Shown piece by piece: positions 33,381 to 42,127 of a stretch of 64,000 nt of DNA (its first letter is position 1; every line of letters starts with the position of its first letter). This stretch comes from Candidatus Bathyarchaeota archaeon (GTDB lineage Archaea > Thermoproteota > Bathyarchaeia > Bathyarchaeales > Bathycorpusculaceae). Made by a program: the position numbers and the translations under genes. The stretch is from NCBI GenBank assembly GCA_963768425.1, contig CAVYHV010000017.1, forward strand, positions 1 through 64,000, written 5' to 3'. Below the pieces are notes generated by a model. The model was given only the letters and a program-made list of their open reading frames with translations, did not search any database and had not been told where the DNA came from.

Positions 33381-33461
33381 AAATGCCGATAACCTTTGAC
33401 TCCATATAATCAATTACCGAAACAAGAAAAAAGTGTTTGAGAGTTTTGTAAACGTTTGCAT

Positions 33462-33863
33462 CTATGCTAGTTTTTTGCTTCCTTGTCCTGGCGAAGCAGC
33501 GAAGACTTCAGTGACTTTTATTATTCCAACACTTTTTATTTTCATTTTCGAGGTTTCCATACTCTTCTTTGCGAAGTTATCGAAAATTGGTCCACTTGTT
33601 TGGAAACCACCGAATGTTCCCTTTAGTTGGTAGCCTGTCATTGGTCCTTTGAACACTGCAATAGCAACTTGCTTGTTTTTTTCAAGGTTTTCTTTTGTTT
33701 TTATGATGAAAACTTCTGCGAACGCAATAGTTTCGGGGTCTACTGCTACAAAGCTCCATAATGGAACTACGTTTGGAATGCCTTTAACGTCTATAGTTGC
33801 TATCATTTTCGCTGAATCACTTGCACTTAAAACATCCATTACTTCTTTAGGTATACTAACCAA
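33462..33863 (-). CDS. Pyridoxamine 5'-phosphate oxidase-like FMN-binding protein
   Basis: IATIDVKGIPNVVP...KTKENLEKN...GYQLKG...SPG. Confidence 0.85.
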   Translation of the reverse strand: MVSIPKEVMDVLSASDSAKMIATIDVKGIPNVVPLWSFVAVDPETIAFAEVFIIKTKENLEKNKQVAIAVFKGPMTGYQLKGTFGGFQTSGPIFDNFAKKSMETSKMKIKSVGIIKVTEVFAASPGQGSKKLA

Positions 33864-34091
33864 AAATCACACATCCTATTAATGGAAACAAAACTGCAAA
33901 ACTCTAATAAACTTTTAGGGAATTAGAATATACTCAGCAAATGCAAGGGAAGTACAATATATTGGCTAACACAGGCAAGGATTCATCATCCGATTACCTA
34001 ATCGGTGCAATCGCTGAGTTAAATCAGTGAGGGCGAAGTGAAGTGAAACGAAATATAGAAGGAGTTACGACCAACTTTTGGGGGATTTGTA

Positions 34092-34592
34092 TTATAATTT
34101 AAGCAAAGTGCCTAAGACATGAATGATTAAAATGAGGTAGAATGCAGTAGTCATGGTGATATGTAAGTATTTTAGGTACTTTTTTGAGCTCTGCATTATA
34201 TTAAATCTGTAAAGAACGCCTGTCACAACAAGTGCAAGCAAAGCGATGTATAATGCCATTCCGATTCCTATGCGAGTTACAGTTGCTAGCTCATACCAGA
34301 AATGAACAGAAATAAGCATGAAAGCCAATAAATTACCGAAAATATGAAATCTTAATAATGCTTTAACTCGCAGTGGACGACGCTGTTTTATGACATAATA
34401 TATTGGCGTAACCAATGCAATCCATAAGCCCCCTATCCAACTCGCCCAATGGTTAAAGGATAAAAAACCTATTGAAAAATCAAACAAATGCGTATAAAAC
34501 AATGCAATAGTTGACAGAAAAATGGTCAGCACAATTATGACTAATGCCACCCAAAAATCGGGTTTTCTTAAATAGTTAAAAACACTCGCCAA
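34092..34592 (-). CDS. Membrane protein with His-bearing TM helices (cytochrome b/ferric-reductase-like)
   Basis: Five hydrophobic segments; FHIFG, SVHF, LHIT, IHV. Confidence 0.6.
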   Translation of the reverse strand: MASVFNYLRKPDFWVALVIIVLTIFLSTIALFYTHLFDFSIGFLSFNHWASWIGGLWIALVTPIYYVIKQRRPLRVKALLRFHIFGNLLAFMLISVHFWYELATVTRIGIGMALYIALLALVVTGVLYRFNIMQSSKKYLKYLHITMTTAFYLILIIHVLGTLLKL

Positions 34593-34602
34593 CTTTGCTC
34601 TT

Positions 34603-34745
34603 TACTCCAAGAAAACTGAGTCTACTGCTACTATGCTCCATATTGGAACTACGTTTGGAGTGCCTTTAGCGTCTACTGTTGCCAACATTTTTGCTGAATC
34701 ACTTGCACTTATAACATCAATTACTTCTTTAGGTATGCTGACCAT
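34603..34745 (-). pseudogene. 5' fragment of a second pyridoxamine-oxidase-like gene
   Basis: MVSIPKEVIDVISASDSAKMLATVDAKGTPNVVPIW, nearly identical to the N-terminus of 33462-33863. Confidence 0.8.
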
Positions 34746-34830
34746 TTTTCATCATCATAATTACATCAAACCACCCATATAGTTATATACATTTAGGGAA
34801 GTAGAATATACACAGCAGAGATGCGAGAAA

Positions 34831-35595
34831 ATGGTAACTGTAACCCAAAACGAGGAGTCTATGATCAACTTATTGAATAACCTCAGGCAAGAGGTAAAGA
34901 GCTTAAGAAATGACGTGAATCTAATCGAGGAATCAGTCTTAAAGCAACGCCTAAAGGCAATCGAAGAAACCCTATCCCAAAATCACCTAATGGTCTACGC
35001 TCAGCAAAGATCTGAAAACATTAACGAAGACCTTTCACGCAGCCTCAAACCAGATTGCGATGATAAAACGAAATGCTTGGAATATTTTCAAGCAAAAATT
35101 GATGACAGCACCCGAGCAATTAAAGAATCAGGGTCAAAAAAAGCAATATCCGATATTGATGACAAAATTGCCGAGAACGAGTTAATGCTTGAAAAAACCA
35201 GAGGTCAAAAATGTGAAGCTTGCTTTGCGAACTTCCACAAGAAGCTAAAACGTGAAAAGAGAGCCTACCAAGAAATCGTTCTAGTAGAGGACATGAATAA
35301 ACCCGAGAGCGCTGAGGCGTTAGATATTCAGTTTCTCGTGAACGCGTTGTTTGAACCGCTCGCAAATTGTTCGCGCCTTAAAATTCTCTCGTCAGTTAGT
35401 GAAGGGAAAAAAAGTTTCTCTGAATTGTCTAAAATTGTAAATCTTAAGGGAGGTCACTTGGCGTTTCATCTTAAGAAACTTGTGGATGCAAGACTGATAG
35501 CACAGGAAGCATCCAAAGGAGATTATGTTGCTACTCAAAGGGGGCTTAGTTTCATTAAGAAAATGAGTTCTTTTACAAGCCTTGTCACAGTATAA
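34831..35595 (+). CDS. ArsR-type winged-HTH regulator with Cys-containing N-terminal domain
   Basis: PLANCSRLKIL...FSELS...GGHLAFHLKKL...GDY. Confidence 0.85.
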   Translation: MVTVTQNEESMINLLNNLRQEVKSLRNDVNLIEESVLKQRLKAIEETLSQNHLMVYAQQRSENINEDLSRSLKPDCDDKTKCLEYFQAKIDDSTRAIKESGSKKAISDIDDKIAENELMLEKTRGQKCEACFANFHKKLKREKRAYQEIVLVEDMNKPESAEALDIQFLVNALFEPLANCSRLKILSSVSEGKKSFSELSKIVNLKGGHLAFHLKKLVDARLIAQEASKGDYVATQRGLSFIKKMSSFTSLVTV

Positions 35596-35700
35596 TTGGT
35601 CTCGCGCGCGCAAAAATTAGTGGATTAGAACCTGCTCATGTATGCAACCCGATGGACTTGCCACGTCTTAAAATTGGAGAAGAATAAAATCTTCAAGTGT

Positions 35701-35802
35701 GGGCGTGCGCGATTGGGCAAACGGGATAAGGTTAGGATCAACGTCTCTACTGACAAAATGAGCAGAAATTAACATGAAAACTTCAATTAAGCAACGCACT
35801 GG
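35701..35802 (+). mobile_element. Orphan right end of a related IS (transposase 3' tail + TIR)
   Basis: ...aatgagcagaaattaaca...aattaagcaacgcactgg aligns with 31680-31752. Confidence 0.75.
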
Positions 35803-35938
35803 CGCGCCCAGTCCACTTTATTCACCATTATCAGCAAAATGCCGAGGCATGGTGAAGCACGTTTTAGCAAATTTACTGATTTGGGATTCACAAGTCATAA
35901 TAGTATAACGGGCTCGATGCTGATAAGGTGGCTGTTTA

Positions 35939-36727
35939 ATGGGTCAAGTTGCGTTATCCTTTGTAGTCCCAGCTTATAATGAAGAAGACTTTATCGAGGA
36001 TACTCTCGGTACAATTGAAACCGTCATAAAAGGCAAGAATTTGCCTTACGAAATTGTTGTCGTTGACGATGGTAGCCTTGATGGAACTTTGGCTAAAGTG
36101 ACTAAATACGCAAAAAATAACGGTCATGTCAAAGTGGTTAGTTACACCAAAAACATCGGAAAGGGGCACGCCGTAAAAACAGGGTTCATGCAAACTAGCG
36201 GGGACATAGTTATTTTTGCAGACAGTGACATGGAGATTGATTTAGGTACCGTCTCAAAATACATTCAGGCTTTGGAAGACGGGGATATTGTCATAGCTTC
36301 TAAACGGCATTCGGGTTCACAAGTGGAAGCACCCTTATCTCGTAAGATTCTTAGCCTTTGCTTTAACGGCTTAGTTCGGCTTCTAACAGGCGTTCCTCTT
36401 AATGATACTCAGTCAGGGCTTAAAGCAATGAAGAAGAATGCGTTCGTCGATATTTTCCCTCGATTAACTGTTAAACGTTACGCTTTTGACGCTGAATTAT
36501 TGGCTGTGTCACATCTTAGTGGCTTGAAAGTTGTGGAGATGCCCGTCAACATGAAGTTGAATGCGTCATTTAAGCCAAAAGAAATATGGAACATGTTTAT
36601 TGATTTGCTTGGAATAGCGTACAGGCTTAGAATTATTCACTGGTATCAGCGCCTGTTCCCCAAGAAAAACGGCTTCCTAAACCCGGTTTCACTTCTCCTT
36701 CGTGAAAGAGAATTAATGGTTATTTAA
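35939..36727 (+). CDS. Glycosyltransferase family 2 (dolichol-phosphate glycosyltransferase-like)
   Basis: VPAYNE, VDDGS, GKG, DSD, DTQSGLK. Confidence 0.9.
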   Translation: MGQVALSFVVPAYNEEDFIEDTLGTIETVIKGKNLPYEIVVVDDGSLDGTLAKVTKYAKNNGHVKVVSYTKNIGKGHAVKTGFMQTSGDIVIFADSDMEIDLGTVSKYIQALEDGDIVIASKRHSGSQVEAPLSRKILSLCFNGLVRLLTGVPLNDTQSGLKAMKKNAFVDIFPRLTVKRYAFDAELLAVSHLSGLKVVEMPVNMKLNASFKPKEIWNMFIDLLGIAYRLRIIHWYQRLFPKKNGFLNPVSLLLRERELMVI

Positions 36728-36750
36728 GTATTGAAATCTAAAAGATCAAA

Positions 36751-36876
36751 TGTCCGCGCGAAGACTAAAAAAGCAGAACAGTCAAAACGAGATTGCTTCA
36801 AAACTTGAGCAAGCGGCAAAAAAGAGGAAGTGTGGGATACCTCCACTTTTCAAAGGGGTTCAAATCCAGTCCACCA
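36751..36876 (+). repeat. att-like repeat with extended arm; last copy in the window
   Basis: tgtccgcgcgaag...gtgggatacctccac-ttttcaaag-gggttcaaatccagtccacca. Confidence 0.85.
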
Positions 36877-36921
36877 AAAAACCTTATTCTCCCAAAACCA
36901 TTCTAATTCTGGTGATTTAAC

Positions 36922-37155
36922 TTGGAAGTGGAGGTTAAAGCTGTCGATAAACAGGGACGCATCATATTACCGAAGGTCTGGCGTGAAAAATATCTTAAAA
37001 ACAAGAAAGCCATCGTCTCAGCCAAAGGCGACACCATCGAAATCAAACCTTTTGCGGCAATTGACCTCACCGAATACTTCGACAAAATGGATGTAGACCT
37101 AAAGGCAGATCTCTCAGACTGGCATAAAGTCCGCAAAGAACTGAGAGGCAAATAA
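36922..37155 (+). CDS. AbrB/MazE-type antitoxin (VapB)
   Basis: VDKQGRIILPKVWR. Confidence 0.85.
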   Translation: MEVEVKAVDKQGRIILPKVWREKYLKNKKAIVSAKGDTIEIKPFAAIDLTEYFDKMDVDLKADLSDWHKVRKELRGK

Positions 37156-37156
37156 A

Positions 37157-37582
37157 GTGTCACAAGCCTATGTCGATGCGTGCGTTTTTGTTTATGCCTT
37201 TCTTAAAACTAAAAGGCAACTGCAACCAAACGAGTTAGAAATAAAGCAAGCAGCCAAGAATATTGTCGCTAGAATCAGCAAAGGAGAAAAAGTAGCTACA
37301 TCCGTTGTGCACTTCAGTCAAGTCTGCAATGTCTTAGAAGATCACTTCCCGTCTGAAGAGGCGATTCTATTAGAAAAGGGGTTGCTGTACCGAGAAAATA
37401 TTTCAATTTGTGAAGTAGCCCAAGAGGATTACATTAAAGCTGTATCCATAGCGGAAGAACATGCTGTGGGCGTTAACGATGCTTTGGCTTATGTAATCAT
37501 GAAAGAACGAGCCTTACGAACAATCTACTCTTTCGACAAAGACCTTGACGCTTTCACTGATATTCTGCGAGTTATCAAATAA
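37157..37582 (+). CDS. vapC: VapC PIN toxin
   Basis: YVDACVF...NDALA...IYSFDKDLD. Confidence 0.85.
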   Translation: MSQAYVDACVFVYAFLKTKRQLQPNELEIKQAAKNIVARISKGEKVATSVVHFSQVCNVLEDHFPSEEAILLEKGLLYRENISICEVAQEDYIKAVSIAEEHAVGVNDALAYVIMKERALRTIYSFDKDLDAFTDILRVIK

Positions 37583-37814
37583 AAATGGCTTTTAGAAAAT
37601 GATCCATATTCCCATGAGAATTAGTAGAGATCCAATTACTGCCTAGTATAATACCTGCGGTTTCAGTGTTCCACATACTGTTCACACTGTTTGCGCTTGT
37701 CATGAATGGGCTATCTATCGTTTGATTCATTGAAGATATGGCAATTCCGGCACCAGCAATTAAGAGAAATAGACCAATAATTAACATAAGCGTCGCAAAT
37801 GTCTTATTATTCAT
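37575..37814 (-). CDS. Small membrane protein
   Basis: N-terminal TM helix; 79 aa. Confidence 0.5.
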   Translation of the reverse strand: MNNKTFATLMLIIGLFLLIAGAGIAISSMNQTIDSPFMTSANSVNSMWNTETAGIILGSNWISTNSHGNMDHFLKAIFI

Positions 37815-38189
37815 GTCAATGTTTCACCATTAATTGACTATTCTGATATATGCAGATTTAAGATTTATTAAGTCTGAATACTACGTTGAAATATAGCCTT
37901 AAGAACTACAGCTTCTCGCTGGATTTGGGCCTCTATGACTTAATAGTTTTTGAGTCCTTTTGCTAGGGTAAATTCCAACAGTTTTTAGGCCCATAAAGGG
38001 TTGCTGAGGCTCTGGAAACTAAGGAAGAAAATTTTTTTCTTTAGGAGAATAAAGAAAAATTTCGAATTCTTCAATTGCAGCTATTTTAAGTTTAACCAGA
38101 GCCTTCTCAGCCATTTCTCTTTTATCTCTCCTCACTGTTTTTTGGGGGACTAAAAAAAGGGGAAGGATTTTTTGTTTTGCGCTTTTGGT

Positions 38190-40823
38190 TTATGGGTGTT
38201 TTCTGTTGAGCATAAGCATAGTTAAAGCGCCGATGATGACTATCACGATGATTATTGCAACGATTCCGTACATGAGTGTGTTATTCGATGCTAAGCCAGC
38301 AAGTGGTGTCGCTGTCGGTGCTAATGTTGTCGGAGGAGAGGTAGCGAGGAAAGCGGTTTGAGCGGAAGAGCCATAGTATGATTGTGTCCCTGCGAACGTT
38401 GCGGTGACAGTGAAGTTGCCTACGATGTCAGGCTTCCAATTGAAGCTGAAAAAGCCATTTGCGCCAGTTGTAGTTGTGCCAATCGTCCGGTAGTTATTGT
38501 TGGAATCGAGAACGTTGATTGTCACTTGAACTCCTGTTGTATTAGTTGGCATTGGCTGCTGCTCGTAGACTGCTTCCATGAAAGATGTCATGCTTGCGTC
38601 GGATACGCATGGTAAGCCGTTGGGGAAGTTTGCTGCAACTGCTTCTTGGCTTGCGCCTGGAGAGATGTCGGTGACTGAACCTGTGAGAACGATTGGGGCT
38701 CCTGCAGTTGTGACTGGGTTGAGTGCTGTGATAGTGGTTTTGCTTGGTCCCATACCGAAGCCGTATATTTGTCCGTCGTAGCCGTTCCATCCCATCAGTT
38801 CGCTGTCGGCGATAGGTGATACATCTCTTTGGAAAGCGCCGTTGATTTCCCAGACTACTTTGCCGGTTGCACAGTTCAACGCAATTTTCTCTCCACCTGG
38901 AAACAGCGGAGGATCATAGCAACGTCCCTCAGAAATGAATAACATACCGTCAGCGATGCTTTGCGTGCCGAAGACCCAGTTTGGATAAACACCATAAGGC
39001 GTGTTGTAACCAGCACTTCCTCTAGTCCATGTCCAGTCAAGTTTTCCTGTTGTAAGGTTGAGAGCGTTTACGTAGCCGCCGATGTCCCAGATGTAGACCT
39101 GACCATAAGCGATAGCTCCGCCTGAGTAGATGGTGCTCAGTCCATTGCCTACTAGTTGGGTTGGTCCCCAGAGTTTGGCACCAGTCATCATCGAATAGCC
39201 GTATGCTTGATCTGTATCTTTGTCCTGATACACGTATACGCCGCTGCCTGCTGCTAATATGGCGAAATCATGGTTCTCTATTAGTGTCTGGTTGGTTGGT
39301 TCGAAAAGAACTTGGCCAGTGATGGGATTGTATGACATGTCTGTTTCGTAGGATGAACTCCACTGTGAGAATAGCTCTCCGAAACTGCTGGCGAAAACAC
39401 TTTTCGGCTGTGAGGTCAAAAGAATAGCCTGGTTGGTTTCTGAAGAGATACCAAAGTTTGGATTCGCAATTGGAACAGGCACTGACCACTCGATACCTGT
39501 TGCCCACGTGTAGGTTCCGGACGGCTTAAAGTCACCCGTGAAAAATTCAGCACTAGGACCAATCGCTAATGGACCAGCAAGGCAAAGTGATGAATTCCAC
39601 ATAGTCAGCGATTCAGAAACAACGTTTCCGAATTGGTCATAAGAGTCGTTGGTGTAGTAGATTAGTATTGATCCCGAGCAGCTAGGTTCGCCGGAATCTA
39701 TCAATGCGTTTGTTGATGTCGAAAAGATGTTAGCTATGTTTCCTGGAACACCAGATACAGTTGCCATGTAGTTTCCTGTCACCGGGTCTAATATGTCATA
39801 GTTTCCAGTTGAGGGATTGTATGTCCAAAGGAATGCTTGAGAACCAAATTCCTCTACTGTGTGGAATGTTAACACTTGACCGTATACCAGTGTGTCGGTG
39901 GTGTTCTTTACCCAGAGTGTTTGTCCGTTGAAGAGGTTAACTGCAACAATGCCTGCATAGTCTGTTTGAGCGGGATACCAGCTGTAGTAAAGAATTCCGT
40001 CTAGAATTATCGGTTCAAAAGTGTGATAAAGCGGAGAGTTCGCTGCAAATGAGCTTACTTCGTTGGGCGCGGTTTCGCCTCCAGGTTGACCTCCAGTTGT
40101 GATTGGTTTAGTCCACAGTATGTGAGCTGTCGTTGGTGCCGTGCTGTAAGGTTGGAAGTTGTTCCCTGAGCCGTCGTACCCGCCTGTGTTGTCAAATCCA
40201 GGTCTTCCTAAGCCATACCAGTTTCCACCGACTGATTGCGCCCATCCATAGTTTGAAGCGTATATTGGTGTTGTCCAGTAACTCGTTGGAAGAGGCGAAC
40301 TTGTAAAGTATGATATCGGAGCTTGCTGCACAGTAATTGTGACTGCTGGGCTGATTGCAGAATCCAAGTTATAGACTAATCCGTTGTTAGGGTCTGTTCC
40401 CAATAATTGTCCGGGGTATATTGCTTGAAAAGTGTAGTTTCCTAAGGCAGTGGGCACGAATGTAACTGCTGGGACTCCTCCCGTGGTATCCGATTCGTAT
40501 GGTCCAAGGGTCATGTTGGTTCCGTCTGGTTTAATGATGTTGATTGACAATTTTAGGAAGTCTTGTCCAAGCGAATAACCACCGGTCAACGTTGGTACGG
40601 GTTTGGTGAAGAAGAGGGTTATGTACACTGTCTGGCCTACGCCGACGGGGCTAGGTGAAGCATTGACGTATAGAAAGGTTGGAAGGTTTACAGGCGCCGT
40701 TGCGGCAGATGCTTGTCCTATCATCATTATCATTGGGGCTGCTAAAACTAACATAAGTAACAAAGCGAAAAAACGATTTTTGGTTTGCATTTTTGTTTTT
40801 CTCCTTTTTTTGAAAGCGCTCAA
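38190..40823 (-). CDS. PQQ-like beta-propeller surface protein, intact
   Basis: Signal peptide, PSPVGVGQ, propeller Trp motifs, NFPNGLPCVSDASM, TM ending RKHP. Confidence 0.9.
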   Translation of the reverse strand: MSAFKKRRKTKMQTKNRFFALLLMLVLAAPMIMMIGQASAATAPVNLPTFLYVNASPSPVGVGQTVYITLFFTKPVPTLTGGYSLGQDFLKLSINIIKPDGTNMTLGPYESDTTGGVPAVTFVPTALGNYTFQAIYPGQLLGTDPNNGLVYNLDSAISPAVTITVQQAPISYFTSSPLPTSYWTTPIYASNYGWAQSVGGNWYGLGRPGFDNTGGYDGSGNNFQPYSTAPTTAHILWTKPITTGGQPGGETAPNEVSSFAANSPLYHTFEPIILDGILYYSWYPAQTDYAGIVAVNLFNGQTLWVKNTTDTLVYGQVLTFHTVEEFGSQAFLWTYNPSTGNYDILDPVTGNYMATVSGVPGNIANIFSTSTNALIDSGEPSCSGSILIYYTNDSYDQFGNVVSESLTMWNSSLCLAGPLAIGPSAEFFTGDFKPSGTYTWATGIEWSVPVPIANPNFGISSETNQAILLTSQPKSVFASSFGELFSQWSSSYETDMSYNPITGQVLFEPTNQTLIENHDFAILAAGSGVYVYQDKDTDQAYGYSMMTGAKLWGPTQLVGNGLSTIYSGGAIAYGQVYIWDIGGYVNALNLTTGKLDWTWTRGSAGYNTPYGVYPNWVFGTQSIADGMLFISEGRCYDPPLFPGGEKIALNCATGKVVWEINGAFQRDVSPIADSELMGWNGYDGQIYGFGMGPSKTTITALNPVTTAGAPIVLTGSVTDISPGASQEAVAANFPNGLPCVSDASMTSFMEAVYEQQPMPTNTTGVQVTINVLDSNNNYRTIGTTTTGANGFFSFNWKPDIVGNFTVTATFAGTQSYYGSSAQTAFLATSPPTTLAPTATPLAGLASNNTLMYGIVAIIIVIVIIGALTMLMLNRKHP

Positions 40824-41057
40824 GGGTCTATCGTGAAAAGGTTTTAAGCATTTGTAACAAGTAGCATTTGTTACAGCCAGCTCATCAAGTCGCCGTATTC
40901 AATGATAGGACCTGAAAACCTGATGAACTGATCAAGCCATAACAGTACAAATCAATAAACCACGGAAAAACTGGAATTCCACGAGCAAAGTATTCAAAAG
41001 GTCTTAGGCTTTCGCTCGGTTCTTTCTATATTTTCATGTTTTCGTAAGTTATCAAGG

Positions 41058-41909
41058 TTACAATTTTCTAATTTTATCTTCTTTTCCCAAAAAACCTAGA
41101 TTTTGAAGGGGAGTTTCGGTTTTCAACGAGGAATCATTGGACGCTTCATTCCATAAATCTTCAAAAAAGTTTGTTGCCATTCTTAAAAGAGAGGGACTGT
41201 TTGACCATAGGCTAGGTACGCAGTCGTTACTAGATATGCATACAGTCATTTCTTTTTTATCGAATATATGCATTCCAAATGGGCGTGTGTCAACGGGAGC
41301 AGGGCAAAATGCGTATCTCAGTTCTAAGAAAGAAATCCCAGTAAAACCGTTGGGTTTTTTCAATATTGAGTCGTCTGGGGTTCTTTGGGAGATTAGTCTA
41401 ATTTTTGCGCCTTTTTTCCAAGCTTTCTTCAAAAAACTTAGATTGTGCTCCTCGAACACTTCACACGGAACGATAATGTCTATTGTATTTTGTGCTTTCT
41501 CAATTAATTGGGTATGCATTTTGAATAGAAGCGATCTTTCTGAGGTTATCCTGAACTCTGATTCATTCTCTATAAGAGAATTTGAAAAAGAACTAAAGTT
41601 GCTAATCAACGAGTGGGCTTTTTTGAGTATTTCTTCGTTCTTCTTTTTCCTTTCGAGCAGAAGAATTGAAATACCTTCTTTCAGTGGGGTAGCTTTAAAA
41701 ACAGTCGGTTTTGACAAGATTCTTTCAGCAAGCCCTAACCTTTCCAAGGTGGGCATAACTCGATAGATATCTTGCCTAACGGTATTCGAAGCTTTTGAGA
41801 TTGTTCCTACATCCACTTCCCCGAGTTGAACAAGATTCAGGTATATTTTGGCCTGCAAAATGCTTAGACCCATATCATTTAGCGCTTGCATGCTCTCTTC
41901 CTGAATCAT
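41058..41909 (-). CDS. TrmB-family transcriptional regulator
   Basis: GLSILQAKIYLNL...RQDIYR; IFDKKE...LWSNS...FEDLW. Confidence 0.9.
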   Translation of the reverse strand: MIQEESMQALNDMGLSILQAKIYLNLVQLGEVDVGTISKASNTVRQDIYRVMPTLERLGLAERILSKPTVFKATPLKEGISILLLERKKKNEEILKKAHSLISNFSSFSNSLIENESEFRITSERSLLFKMHTQLIEKAQNTIDIIVPCEVFEEHNLSFLKKAWKKGAKIRLISQRTPDDSILKKPNGFTGISFLELRYAFCPAPVDTRPFGMHIFDKKEMTVCISSNDCVPSLWSNSPSLLRMATNFFEDLWNEASNDSSLKTETPLQNLGFLGKEDKIRKL

Positions 41910-42127
41910 GAGGAGTCTTCCTGAATAACTCGAACTTTAACTATCGGACGCAAAGGGTTATCCCAATGCTATTCTTTACTTTCCGTTTTACTTAAATAAC
42001 TTACGCATAATGCCCATGATATCGTACAAAATCAAAAATAATAACTGCCAATTTGTGACTAAATCGCAAAGCTTAAATTACAAAGCAAGCAATAACAAAG
42101 TTAGGGCTATTTCACGACCGCAAAATT

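Larger units (their letters stand above)
1..37600. mobile_element. Accessory genomic island / tandem cassette array delimited by tRNA-derived att-like repeats (left boundary outside the window, right boundary approximate)
   Basis: R-M, 4 TA modules, IS elements and unrelated cargo separated by 12 or more co-oriented tRNA T-loop-core repeats (5571-36876); no such repeats seen after about 37 kb. Confidence 0.7.

Noticed and set aside
5571-36876. CRISPR array interpretation of the recurring repeat
   Set aside because: Copies are kilobases apart with whole genes between them; no 30-45 bp spacers and no cas genes.
10064-36876. Functional tRNA genes at the GGTTCAAATCC motifs
   Set aside because: No 5' acceptor strand or D arm, and the T-stems are broken; only 3' fragments. 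Split tRNA halves are unlikely because the copies are degenerate.
13048-40823. Diversity-generating retroelement acting on the surface-protein paralogs
   Set aside because: No reverse transcriptase and no TR/VR pair with adenine-specific differences was seen.
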